From the NCBI GenBank assembly GCA_964252035.1, contig OZ176202.1: 64,000 nucleotides of DNA, one strand, 5' to 3'. This stretch comes from Podarcis erhardii. Lineage: Eukaryota. Positions 33,291 to 47,200 of this stretch are shown in pieces. The notes beneath the pieces are model-generated. The model worked only from the letters and a program-made list of their open reading frames with translations. It ran no database searches and was not told the DNA's origin. A program made the translations under genes and the position numbers. Each line of letters begins with the position of its first letter. The first letter of the stretch is position 1.

Positions 33291-34629
33291 GAACCCATGC
33301 ACAACTGCTACCCCCCAAACTGAACATTTAGCCCTCCAGATGATGTTGAACTACAACTTTCATAATCTCTGATCATTGCCCATGCTTATGATTATTTGGC
33401 TATGGTTTTGATTTGGGTAAATGACAATTCCAGAAAGCTATCCTTTAATCACAGCTCTTCTCTTCTGCTCTCACCTGATCACACTATTCATGCAATTTTG
33501 TTTCTTTCCATTACTGCCAGGCATGTTACTACTTTTATAATGTTGCAGAGATCTCTTTACTAAAGACCTTTGCACAGTGTATATGGACAAATTTCTGCAG
33601 CTCTATTATTTATTTTTTGAAAAATTGCAATTTAAGGTTTCCAGCAATTCTGTTAGCACTTTATAATGAATGACCATAATAAATGTTCCAACTTTTAGTA
33701 AAAGGAGGTATTTGCCAGTTACATTGTGTGCATGTGTCATTGTACAGAAGACATAGGCTGTTTTTCAATCACACAATACAAATTATTGTGATTAGAAATG
33801 AAGTACAGTCGTAAAAGGAGAACTGACTGTGGCCAATCAGAATGTCAAAGTTCTGAAATACCAGCATTCCAATTTTTTTAAAAAAATTTAAGCACATGCA
33901 GGTCTATGAAATACATGCATTCGTGGTCAGGAAACACATGAGTGGAAAAGGGAAGTGATAGATATGATGGATGTGGTGCAAAGTGTGAATTGTTTTGTTC
34001 CAAACACATCTTGGCATGATCCACTCACTGGTATAGACTGGAAATAGAGTGATCAAATAAAATGAACACAAAAGTTTGACATGGTATGGATGGTAACTTT
34101 TAGTTCCACAGTCTCAAAAGGAAAAACAATGTCCTTGTTCACAAAAAGCCTTGCCTCTGGAAGCACATCAATATAATCAACAGGGTCACACTTCCTCATC
34201 TTTCAGCAAATCCAAGTTAAGAATTGGAGTATAAAACCAAATACTTTCAGTTCATAAAAGAAAAATCTCCATTCTACTGTATCAAATGCCTCTTTCTCCA
34301 CTGCTTTTTCTATAAGTACTTTTTATTGGTTTTCATATACATATAACAAAATATAACTAGACAAATAAACATAATCATAACACCCCTCCCCGAAGTCTCT
34401 CCAGATATCTGGTAAGTATTCATGTCCCTATACTATTTGTCCCTCTTTTCATTTTTCTGCAGGATTCTCTGATGTTATTCTTCCAGGGTTGCAGGGCAGC
34501 ATCTGTCCACAATGAGGTCATCTTCTCCAACTGAAGTATCCAACTATCAAGAAGTATACATGGTCACAACATCTAGATTTATAATGATGAAGCAGATAAC
34601 ATATTTTGTAGACCCCTTTCACTAGTACA

Positions 34630-34990
34630 CACAGGTCCCACTATTGGAACACTTGTTATCAAAAATTTCAGTTATACCCAAACTGCTGATTAAGATATCT
34701 GAACAGCTGGAGCTTGCCCACTTCCTTACTTGTTCATGCTCTGCTTGTTGCCAGCAGCCATTTTGAGCAGAAACCATGGAGGGACGGAGAGAGATCAGAC
34801 AAATCAGGGAGCAAGAGAGATTGAACAAATCAGCTTTTCTTTTGTTTGGTTTTGCTGATTGGCTGTGGCAGTTTCAGGCATAAACCAGGGAGGGATTGAG
34901 ATTGGACAAATCACAAATTAAAAATGTTCCCATAGGAAGTAATGGAAATCACCAGCTTTGTCATGTGAATGCTGACCTAACAAATTATTT
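34630..34990 (+). repeat. Interspersed repeat, inverted relative to 38870-39145
   Basis: Shares CAGGTCC..CTATTGGAACACTTG, GCAGAAACCA.GGAGGGA.GG.GAGAGATCA.ACAAAT and TGTTCCCATAGGAA.TAATGGAAATCA with the reverse complement of 38870-39145. Confidence 0.7.
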
Positions 34991-35573
34991 TCTTGTTCAG
35001 AGGAAGGCATTGCACTGGGAAAGCAGGACCTGCGTGTATATGAAATGCATGGCCATCAGATGGCATAAAAGGCATCTGTTGTTACAGATCAGCAGAAAAA
35101 CCAGATTGTACACAAAATCCTCTATAAAATGAATCTTTTAAAAAACACAAATCTATACATAATTTTTAGGATTGCAAAAATCACTATGCACAATAATTTG
35201 TTTTAGAAAATTTCAGTTGTTGGCTAAGCAAGTGTTAAAATAGATCATTTTACAATTGTATCTTTCTGATTATATAATGTAGCAATCTGAGTAATCTATA
35301 CGTGTACTTCTAATTATACATTTAGAGTCCTATAATGCACAATGGCAGAATCATTAACAGCTGAAATGATTATAAAAGGCTTTCTGTACCAAACATGTTG
35401 ATATAATACAGATTTGCTGATTGCAAAATCCAATCCTTTTTGTTGGTATATTTATGATGCTTGTTTATATTTTAAGCATTTTTACCCCGCTATTCAGCCA
35501 TAAAAAGCTTCTAGAATGTTTATTTTTACTAACAGCACAATAGGACTGCAGCCCCAAACACCTTAATGAGAAT

Positions 35574-35941
35574 GGTAAGGTAAAGGACCCCTGGATAGTT
35601 AAGTCCAGTCAAAGGTGACTATGGGGTTGCAGCGCTCATCTCACTTCAAGCCGAGGGAGTCGGCATTTGTTCACAGACAGCTTTCCAGGTCATGTGGCCA
35701 GCATGATTAAACTACTTCTGGCGCAACAGAACACCATGATGGAAGTCAGAGCACATGGAACCACTATTTACCTTCCCGTCGCAGCAGTACCTATTTATCT
35801 ACTAGTACTGGTGTGCTTTCAAACTGCTATGTTGGCAGAAGCTGGGACAGAGCAATGGGAGCTCATCCTGTCAGGCAGATTCAAACCGCTGACCTTCCGA
35901 TCAGCAAGCCCAAAAGAATCAGTGGTTTAGACCACAGCGCC
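35574..35941 (-). mobile_element. Sauria SINE, older diverged copy
   Basis: GGTAAGGTAAAGGACCCCTGG tail and body homologous to the copies at 6510 and 10407. Confidence 0.75.
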
Positions 35942-36968
35942 ATTCATAATTAACAATTGTTTGAATACTTGGAATGGCTGCAACAGTCACATTTTATTGC
36001 TTTTGTCTCCTATGATGCAAATTCCTCGTAACAATGTGAATGATGTCTCACTGTCACTTGGTTCTCATAACACTTGTAAAACTGGGCTTTGCAATAAGAC
36101 TTCTCTTAATCTGTCTTTTGCATTCTGTTAATGTTAAATGATCAGTTTGTTATTCGTCAGTTCTTGAATATCCAAAGGGCAACTGAAACACAAACCAATG
36201 GAGTTTCAATGTTTTTCTTTTAAAGAATCCCCCTCCCAACTTCTTTCTTGATATATGAAAATGGTCTAAATGTTCTAGTACTGCTATGTACAATTTTATA
36301 TCATTACCATTTATATTATAGTAACTATTGTACTTGAAACTGTTATGATAGTTTCCATCCTACCCATAATCCTGCTGGTCACTTCTCTCCTCGTCCCCTG
36401 GATCAGCCCCCCCCCCATGCACACAGAAATAGAGAGAAAATGTGTGCACAAATATACATTGCTAATTTGAGTAAAAGTCCAATTTAGTAGAATTAATATG
36501 AGTCTTAAGCACTGAAGAGGTTAAAGAGGAAATGGGAAAGAAGGTGACAGAATTACATCTGGGTTGACAAGTCTTTCTGAGATCTTTCAGTGGTGGGGAC
36601 ATAATTGGATAAAGGTTTACAGCAGAGGGCTTTTTCTATTTAAAGTATTTGCTGCTATAGCAAAGCCAGAGCAAAGCAAAGCAGTGCTGGTACTCTGAAT
36701 CTTCTATGGGGTTATACCACCCTACATTTAAGTTACAACTTATAATCCTTCTAAGTGCACTGGAGGGAAGGGTGAAGTACGGAGCCATGTTTTCTCCTCA
36801 CAATGTTTACTGAAGGATGCTACATCATAACATAACATCCTTTCTGAGATGCATATAAGGTGATATAGTCCTAGAGAGAAGAGTTGGGATGGAAGGATCT
36901 ATCAATTTTGGTTCTCTGTTCCCATTTTTCTAATCTGAAATGCAGTTTCTACAAATATTTGCTATTAA

Positions 36969-36970
<2 letters not shown>

Positions 36971-37010
<40 letters not shown>
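36971..37010. repeat. (AAT)n microsatellite
   Basis: Direct inspection. Confidence 0.9.
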
Positions 37011-37012
<2 letters not shown>

Positions 37013-37975
37013 ACCAGCACTTTAGTGTGCATTTCTTCTAATTAAGAGATTTTTGTATGCAGTTCTGACTAATGGACACATTTTTGCATTTTCCTCTAAT
37101 ATCACGTGTACGCTATTTTTACTAATATCTTAATTTTTATGCACTTTCTCCCAACAGAGGCATTTTTTAAATATATGCATTTGGTTGTTTGGCTGGAGAA
37201 CTGCATTGCAAAATTTGGATATGGGTGAAATTTAAAGGATGGCTGTGTTTCAGTTTTCATATTGTTTTGGAAAGTGAGAATTTGATAGATTCAGCATTCA
37301 ATGAGAACTGATCAAATTTCTCTCCTATCCCCTAGTCAAGTTTTTTATGTTGTGAACAACACAGAGATCTATAGATTTAGGGCAATATGCAAATTTAATG
37401 AACAAAACAAAACAAAACGCCACTATTGATTTGCTACAACAGTAAAAGCTATTTATAAAAAGGAGTGGTGCGGGGGAGAGAACTCTCTGCTGCTACCTTT
37501 TACATGTGAAAGTCTCCTACCTCTGAAAGGCTTCTGAGTTTTGACAGCCCATTGCTGGGAGTGAAAAAAGTTTCTCCCATCATTGCAGTCTGACAACAGA
37601 GCTGTGAAGGAGGGGGGGAACTGTAGATAATGATTTAGGATTAACCTTGAGCGGCTTAGAAAATTTAGAGATATCTTACCTTCTATTTCTGTGAATTTGG
37701 TAGAGTTGTTATATTGTATCAGCATTTAATTTAAACCAAAGACCCAAGAGACAAAACTTCTTAACAACTATTTTACTTTCCTTTAGACATAAAACAGTAA
37801 TTCACAACATAGGACTCATAAAATAGGAAGTTAATTGAAGACTTCCTGGTTTGTTTATTGGCTTGTACAAACGGAGATGCGAAGGGGATACATGCATGGG
37901 CAAAAGGCTTTTATATCCAGACTAATTAAGTAATTATTATCTGAACTCCCTTGGTGAGTGCACCTGTTATTTTAC

Positions 37976-38248
37976 CTGGATTGAGTTGCAAGTTATCTCC
38001 TCATTTTTTTCCATTTTCTGACTTGTCTTTTTCTGATGAGTCTTTATTTTCAGAAGACAGCTTCCAGGCTTTCTTAAAAATGTTAATCCCCAAGATCAGA
38101 GCTACCTTATCAAGCTCAGATTGCTTTTTATCTGCCGCATCAGAATGCATCTGTAGCTGAGCAACTTCCTTTGCTATCTTCTCTCGTAGTTGGTTCACTT
38201 CCACCAGCAAGGGATCTTTTGCCTTACGCATCTTGCGCATCATCTCCC
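37976..38248 (-). CDS. ZNF318: ZNF318b exon 6 (coiled coil) with in-frame TGA at 38003-38001
   Basis: Acceptor TAG|GG GAG ATG; EMMRKMRKAKDPLLVEVNQLREKIAKEV..SENGKK*; donor CAG|GTAAAA at 37975. Confidence 0.85.
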
Positions 38249-41200
38249 CTAAGCCAGTCAAAGTGGTAGAGTGGAAAGCATAAGAAAATCATTAATACAT
38301 GCAAAATTATTTTGGGTCATCAATTATAAGGTACCATTTTGGTATACCCAAAAGACAGAAGCAGGGTTTGCATTACTGTATGAAGAACTGACAGTTACTT
38401 GCAATGATTTGGTTGCACCCTAATTAATTCCCTGTTTAGGATAATACCCTGAGATAAAAACAAATTATGCAATGTCCAGCATCACCACTTTAGAGGATAG
38501 TAGGGGAAAAGGAAGAATAAAATGAGTGCAGTACCTTCCTGTTTTGTAAGTCTGTTTAACTCAACTGTCAGATAATGCAGTTTCTTCTGTCGTGCTTCTT
38601 GTTCAGCCTTCAATTTCTCTCTTTCCTCCAATACCTAGAAAGGTTTGTGAAGGGAAGGAAGGTATTAAAAATCCCCCTTTCATGGATTACAACCCAACTA
38701 AAACTACAACAATCATTGAAAGTAAATATTTTCATCTTATGCTTGCTAACTCAGCCTGTGATTCATTGCACCCAGCTCCTAACATACTAAATGCCACTAA
38801 ACATGAAACATACTAAAACTTACTAAAGCTTAAAAGCATGCAGGTCCTGCTTTCTGAACAAAATGTGTTCCCAGGAAATCATTTGTTAGGCGTATGTTCA
38901 CATAATGAGCTTATGATTTCCATTATTTCCTATGGGAACACTTCTATTTCGTAATTTGTTTGATCTCTCCCCCTCCCTCCCTGGTTTCTGCCCAAAAGGG
39001 CTGCTGCTGACCAGCAAAACATGAAGTAGGCAAACTCCATCTGTTTGGGTATCTGAATTTGCTGCTTGTGTAGTGAGGTTTGGGTATAATTCTTCGTGTT
39101 TGGCTGAGATTTCAGTTACCAAGTGTTCCAATAGCAGGACCTGCATGTAGATTGTATCCTTAAAGAGAGACTGTTTAAGACCTTAGGGTGAAGAGCAGGT
39201 AATAAACAATAACAACAATTAACAAGGTGTGTCTTGCCACAGTACCATAAAAACAGCCATTAGATAGCTCAAGACATTAGAGGTACATCCTGTTCAAAAA
39301 AACTATACATAATCCAATGTCAAATAAAAAGTGCAGAAAAAAGTTAAAATAAAATTGTATGTGCTTTGAACTTCTGTAAAACGGCAGACCTTAAATCCAA
39401 GAATGTAATCTTAAACAAGGAATCAATTCTGCACTTGGTTTCATATTTCATTATGTGTTAGGAAAAGATGTGCAGTAGAAAAAGTATTACAGTGGTACCT
39501 TGGGTTAAGAACTTAATTCGTTCCGGAGGTCCGTTCTTAACCTGAAACTGCTTTTAACCTGAGGTACCACTTTAGCTAATGGGGCCTCCCGCTGCCGCAC
39601 AATTTCTGTTCTCATCCTGAAGCAAAGTTCTTAACCCGAGGTACTATTTCTGGGTTAGTGGAGTCTGTAACCTGAAGTCTGTAACCTGAAGTGTTTGTAA
39701 CCCGAGGTACCACTGTATATATTTTTAAACTACAGTATAAGGCATTCAGAAGTAAGTCTATAAGGATACTATCCACTTCTCAATAGCAGCAACTACATTG
39801 CTGCTATGTGGAAAAGGAAATGTGGGGGGGGGGGGAGGAAGATACATCTGCTTGTAAGATAAACATTCTCACCTTTCGTTTCTGAACAGCTCGATTTCTA
39901 TCATCAGGTATTTTTTCCTTAGCGCCTTTGGGGGTAGGCTGAGGGAGCAATTTGGAATGAGGAGCAGAGAAAGGGGTTTGAACCATCATAGATGTATTTC
40001 TTTTGATATCACAAGTCCTTCGTGTTGTGGAAATTGTCTGAATAACTCTGACGTTGGAAACTGAATGATTTGGTGGCACTGTTGGAGTACCGTACTGAGG
40101 TGCATTTGGAAATTCAGGATCAGCCTGCTGGGGAGGAGCATACGTGGCCCAGCCAGAAGCTGCATAAGTGAAATACTGTCCATATGGATTATAGCCAGGA
40201 GGGGGCATTGTGGGAGGTGGATAGTTTTGTGGCAGGTGAGTTGCACCGAATGGTAAATAGAATGGAACACTATACTGGGGATATATGGGAGCAGGAAACA
40301 TATGAGGAAGACAAGGTGGGGCAGAGGGAATTGGAGATGCCATGGGAACAGCTTGCTCTTGTGGGAAATGATAATCTTGCCTTACAATTTTGCTTTCAGT
40401 GTGCTTAGAATGTGAAGCAGGAGACATCTCTTTAGATGGTGGGAAATAATCAGGAGAGGGAGAGTGGTTCCACCTTGACTCTGGATAATGAGTGTCACTT
40501 TTACTGCAGTGCCTTTCCTTAAACTCCATAGATTCTTTCCTAGGTTTATGAGAAGCCACTGAACGACGATCAGGAGAATGAGATGCTTTCTTCCCATGGA
40601 GGCGTTCCTGAGTGCGGGCAGCAAGCTTACCAATTTCAGCCACCCCAATGTCAAGACCAATAGTTTTGAGCAAGTCATAAATTTTCTCATGCTCTGGTCT
40701 GGATTCTTCTAAAGTGTCTGATTTTACAGACAGACTAGCAGGAGGAGAGTTTATTTTCTTCCTTCCATGTTCTTTATCACCACTCAATGTTATCCTTTGA
40801 ATAAAAATTGAGTCATCCCCATTATCACCATAAAGAAACTTCTCTTCAGCCTCAACATCATCAAGGAGGCTGTTCCTTCTCTTTTCTTGAGTGCTGGAAG
40901 AATCTGTTTTCATACTCAGAATGTGTGAAAAGCCATTCCCATCCTGGCTGGCTCTTTCATGGGGAAGCAAGAAGTAACTGTGCTGGTCTTCATGCTCTGA
41001 TGTGGACTCATGACACTCTCTCTGATTCAAAAAGCTCCCAAAATTCTGTTTATAATGGGAAATGTTTTGGTTTTGGCCAGAATGCAGCTTCCAATTATGC
41101 ACATTGCCTTCAGATGTTGTATTTGCAGGTTCTACATCTGCATTTTTATTGAACTGTTTGAGGAATTTCACCTCCTCAGTTGAAAAAGGAGCAATGCTGT

Positions 41201-44200
41201 TGGTTCTCTGGGGAAAAGGAGGATCATCTGAAAGAAGAGGGGGCTCTTTGAGAGAGGCAGAACTGCTAGAAAAGACTTCAGGCTAAAAAGAAAGAAATTG
41301 CCATTTGTTACTACATTTTGCAAGGAGGCTAATCACTTTCCCAATCTATTAAGACAGACATAACTTTAATATAAAGGGTTTATAGTCAGTAGTTCATAAC
41401 ACTAACGAAAACTGTAAGACAAAGATAAAAATGGAATTGAAAGAGACAAAATAGTTCCTAAATACCACACTGTTACATCTGCATAAGATGGCCATTTTGA
41501 TTAGGGATGGGCCATACTTTAAGAATGTGAGAACAGTCTGCTGGATCCAGCCAGTGGCCCACCTAGCCCAGAATCCTGTTCTCATAGTGGCCAACTAGAA
41601 GCCCAAGGGAAGCCCACAAGCAAGAGCTGAGAGCAATAGCCCTCTGCCCACCTGCAGTTTCCAGCAACTAGTATTCTGAAGCATACCACCTTCAACACAA
41701 CAGTGAAGGCAGAGCATATCCATCAGGGTTAGCAGCCACTGATAGCCATAACCTCTGTGAATTTGCCAATCCTCTTTTAAAGCCACCCAAGTTAGCGGCT
41801 ATTACTGCCTCTTGTGGGCAGGAATTCCACAATTAAACTATGTGCAGCGTGGAGAAGTACCGTATTTTTCGCCCCATAGGACGCACCGGCTCATAGGACG
41901 CACCAAGTTTTTTGGGGGGGAAATAAAGGGGGAAAAATATTTTCCCCCCCCCAGGCGCTTGTGGGGCCGGCAGCGGGGAGAAGCGCTCTTCTCCCTACCG
42001 CCCGCCTGCAGACCAGGTCCGGGGACAGCAGGAGGACGCGCTGCGCCTCCCAACTGTCCCCGGAGCTTGCGGGGCAGGCAGCGGGGAGAAGCGCTCTTCT
42101 CCCCGCCGCCCGCCTGCAGATCAGGTCCGGGGACAGCGGGAAGACGCGCTGCGCCTCCCCGCTGTCCCCGGAGCTTGCGGGGCTGGCGGCCGGGAGAAGC
42201 ACGCGTCTCCCCGCCGTCAGCCTCCAAACCACATCGGGAGACAGCAGGATGGCGGCGTTCCGCCTCCCCGCTGTCCCCCGACCTTGTGGGACTGGTGCTG
42301 CGGCTCTCCTGAAGCCTGGAGAGCGAGAGGGGTCAGTGCGCACCGACCCCTCTCGCTCTCCAGGCTTCAGCGAAAGCCTGCATTCGCCCCATAGGACGCA
42401 CACGCATTTCCCCTTCATTTTGGGAGGGGGAAAAGTGCGTCCTATAGGGCGAAAAATACGGTACTTCCTTTTGTCTGTCTTGAATCTTCCAACATTCAGC
42501 TTCCTTGGATGTCCATAAATTCTAGTATTATGAGAAAGAGAAAACTTTTCTCTAGCTCCTTTCTCCATGCTGTGCATAATTTTATACACTTTTGTCATGT
42601 CACTTTCACTGCCGACAATCAACACTCCTGCCTGATCGTCTTTAATAGGGCACTGGAAGAGAAAGTGACCGATTATCCCCCACTAAAGGCCAACCCTGGC
42701 TTGCAACACTGATCTAATGAGCTATAAAACTGCCAGTACAGCGAGGTAAGATTTGTCAGCTTGATACCTTGGTAATAGCTGTTCAATTCTTGCCCCTACT
42801 CAAGCAAACCCTCGTTCACAGTGAGGGCAATGAGAGGGCTTTGTTTGCCCTGAATAACACTGTCATTTAGACAAAGCTGAGGGGCTATGCAGTACCCTGG
42901 GAATCATTCTGCGATGCCTGATTTGCTGAGATTACACAGCAATAATAGAGGAGAAGAAAAACCATGTCAAATGAGTAACTGAGGAGCAACACAGTGGCTG
43001 TGGACAGGGACAAACATATGTAAAACAATACCTTTGGAGATTTGAAATCAACATTTTCCACCAAACCCAAAGTGTTTTTGCACCAAAACATTCACAAGCA
43101 AGCATTGTGTGCAGCTCTGGTTATGGCAGCTACAAAAAGATAATTCCCACAGGCATATTGTTACTATTATCAGAAACGAACTGATTTTTTCATATGATGA
43201 AACCCTGAGATAGAGAGAGCAGGATGCAAAAAAGGTACTTGCCACATCACAGTTGGCATGGTTTTGAAAAGCATTATTTATTTACAGTATTTAGTATTGG
43301 AACCACCTGCCAAGGTGCTCTCTCTCCACAGCTACACAACAGAAAAACAATCCAGTCATGATAGTATGAAATGTCACCTGTTCAGAGCATTCCATACCAG
43401 TTTGAGAGAATGTTTGCAGTCCAATCCAACTAGGTAATTCTAGTATTAAGATTCTTTTATTAGGTTCAAGCAGGTTAAAAAAATGCACAACATGGTAAAT
43501 TTACTGCATAAATTGCCAACTCTTCAATTTCAGCCTACACACAGATGTGAATAATAGTACCCTTATTTTGTTTGCATTCAACCCATTGCAAGTGCCATTA
43601 AATGGTTCAAAACAAATCCCAGATGTACCATTACAAAAACCACCTTAATTTGGTGGTCTTGACTATTCTGATTTTTCTACTGTAGAGGTAAAAAACCCCA
43701 TCATGTCCAGATTAATAATAACAACAATAACAATAATAATTTATTATTTGTATCTCAGCCACTCTGGGCATCTTCCAGAATATATATAGAAACATAGTAA
43801 AAAATTAAACCTTATAAAGCTTTCCTATACAGGGCTGGCTTCAAATGTCAAGGTGTTAAAACATTTCTGGCACCTTGCCGCAGGTTCTATCTATAGGAGA
43901 AAAACATTACACGTATACAAGTGGGAGGCTCTTCTGTGTGATAGCATCACAGCTACAGAATGTACTGCCAAGGATAGTGAATCTGGTGCTCGAACCAGGT
44001 AAAAATGTTTGTCACCCAGCCACTGCAAATTGTTATATTATCTAGCTGAATAGTTCTGCCATTCTCAACTTTATTGTATTCTCGGTTGTTTTAGATTGTA
44101 GTACAGGTGGCGATCACCTTGTACCTGTCTACCTGACATGTGACCACCAAGACATGCGCTGCTTTCAGTTTTGGAAGGGAGCAAAATGGGCTTACGCACA

Positions 44201-47200
44201 ATTGCTGACATGCACAATGACCTGGAAAGCAACCCCCACACTAACAGGGAATCGCCTGTATTTAAATTCCTATGTATACTACCTGGAAATCTGTTTCTGG
44301 AAAGCTTAGGGGTTTTTTTAATAAGTAAGGATTTTGATTGTGTGTGAATTTTAAAGCTATATGAATAAGCTGAATGAAAACTTTTGAAAGGTAGAATTGC
44401 TCATGAAGTGGGATGCTCTAAATACCAAAACTAGTAAAATGTCCTCATTCCAAGAAAAATGGGATCCAATATGCTGATTATTCTACAAGTTATACCAAAC
44501 AAACTCCACAACTGTGAGGGAAGCCTGGATATTATTCTGAGGGTATTTGTTCCAGAATTAACAGAGATTAAGTTAAGTAATAAAATTTAAGATTCAATAA
44601 AAGAGCAGTAAAAAGTGTAAAGGACAGTTTAACCAGAGAGAGAAATACATGCCAAACCTGCACCGAAGGATCATCCCTGTGTTTCTTCAGAATAGATTTT
44701 TTGGGCATTGCTGTGATTTCATTAGGTCTATAAATATATTTATGTTCAGGGTCTTGACTGCAATTTCTGCTCAGCTCCTCCTCTTTGCTTTTTCTCCCAG
44801 CATATTCAAGTACACGTAAATCCACATCGTGAAATGGCAGGCTTGGGCTCTTACTAGGATCTTGTTTGCAGAAGTTCCACGTCCCAGACAAGAAATCCTC
44901 AGGCTCTATGTCTATCTTAAGCAGTCTGTCATCTCTGTCATGTTTAGGAAGTTCTAGGTCTTGCCCTGTATCCTCTGATGGCTTCCCAAGTAGCATTCTA
45001 TACCTTTCCGTTTCCCTTGGGAGATATTGTAGATGGTTATAGCTGGTGCTATAGTCTGATTGATGGAGGAAATCATCTCTAAAGCGATAATCCTCATCTT
45101 GTCCTGTATTGAAAGGTGAAGAAGGAGTTTCCTTGGTCAAGGAATACCGCTCAATGCTTTGAGGGCGTGGAAGGCCACTGCTAAATATTGGACCATCAGC
45201 CAAGTCATCCCTAATAAGAGAGGTACAGAACAAAATCAGCAACTTGGAATAACCCCCCCGAACTCCAGCTGGCATAAAGTGCCCTTTGTATGACAACTCA
45301 ATACTTCTTGCCTTGAACCCAAGATGGCTGGTTCTGAAGATTTTATATACTCAGCAATAACTTCACCCCTTGACAGTCCAAACTATGCTGCAGTGAGCGA
45401 AATAATTCATTTCAGAAGTCTTGTTATTTATGCGCATAGGAGATATGCAACAGGAACAGAAGGAACAGAAGCCCAAACTTGAGAGCACTCAGGTTCCAGT
45501 TTGTCTATTTATCTTACACAAAAGGCCTGCATACTTCAATTATTTTATGGTGGATTTGAACAACACACATTTAGGGTTGGTATCTGAAGAAGTGTGCATG
45601 CACACGAAAGCTCATACCAAGAACTGACTTAGTTGGTCTTTAAGGTGCTACTGGAAGGAATTTGTTTTGTTTTGATTTAGGGTTGTGTTTAGCTTTTTTA
45701 GATGGTCTCATAAAAAAAAAAAAGAACACAAATGTCTTGCTGGCTATCTAGGGGGAAAGTAAGCAACAGAACATTTTGGTATGTTTTACAATAGTAGAAT
45801 TCCCCCTTTCATCAGCAACAATATTGTAGTTCCAAATTCAGCAAAGTTTCTTACCCTCCACTCCTCAAATAATTTCCTTCACATACTGTACTGTTTTCTG
45901 CATGTTACTTTAGCAAAAAAACAAAACAAAAAAACCCCCTCAGAATTACTACTGAAAATAACTTCCATGCATGTTTTTAAATGAGGATTGCTGAAAGCAT
46001 TGAACCTAAATACATGTGTTCATCACACTCAGCCTGCTGAATGTTTTCCCAACAATAATTGTGAAGAGATCTTCATGCACCTAACATGTCAAAAACAGTA
46101 TGAAGCAAAATATCAAAATATGGAAGACAACTTCCTTATCAGTTCAAAGCAGTGTTCAAAATTAGCCAGGCACCAGGCGCATTTTGCCCCAGGCTTTTGA
46201 CCACTTGCAACCAAGTGAAGATGCCTGGGCACCAGGATGGCACCCGACATCACCATCTGCGGATCACTGGATCTGGACTGTTTTCACACACTAATATCTC
46301 ACTAATACCCTGTAAAATGTTATCAGTTACATTTTATCTGCACAAACGGAATGAATTTCTGGAACCAAATTGCTTTTTCTGTGCAGCCTGAGGAGGAACA
46401 GTCACCATTAAGAAAAAGAGGTAAATTTAGGTCAATATATATGTATGTGGACTATCCCTGGATCAAGTGACGTTTCTTCTTCCAGTTCTCAAAGCTCTTA
46501 ACCTAGTTCAAGGTAGTCAGAAGTTTAACTCAGAATCAATCATGGAAAGTCCATCATTTGAAAACTAAGACTGGAGCTGTCTTGCCCCAAAATGGAAACT
46601 AGGCATTCCATTTTGACGACAGCAAACTTGGTTTAAGGAACCATTTGGGAACCTAGCATATATATCTAATTTTCTAATACTGCAGGAGAATAAGATCTAT
46701 AATGGGAAACTGGATTCAACCGAAAAAAATTGTCCATCAAGACACAGACCTATACCAGCTCAAGCTATTATAAGCCCTTAAAAAAGGGGAGCGGGGGGCG
46801 GTTCATAGGATCAAGATATCAGTTGAAAAAAAGTTATACCGTATTTTTCGCTCTATAGGACGCACTTTTTCCCCTTCAAAAATGAAGGGGAAATGTGTGT
46901 GCGTCCTATGGAGCGAAGAAGCCATAGCCCCGCAACCCTCTCCCGGCTGGAGAGGTCACGGGCGGCTATGGCAGGAGCATCTTTAGCTGCACGCCACCTC
47001 TCCAGCCGGGACAGCGCGCACGGGGCTAAAGAAGCCCCCGCGACCCTCTCCCAGCTGGAGAGGTGATGCGCGGCTATTGCAGCAGCCTCTTTAGCCGCGC
47101 ACCACCACTCCAGCCGGGACAGCGCGCGCGGGGCTAAAGAAGCCCCCCGCGAACCTCTCCCAGCTGGAGAAGTGACGCGCGGCTATGGCAGCAGCCTCTT

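Noticed and set aside
41812-42625. Cluster of 129-244 aa overlapping ORFs (also 47091-48399)
   Set aside because: They lie within GC-rich MITE interiors bounded by TIRs, with no transposase or other domain motifs.
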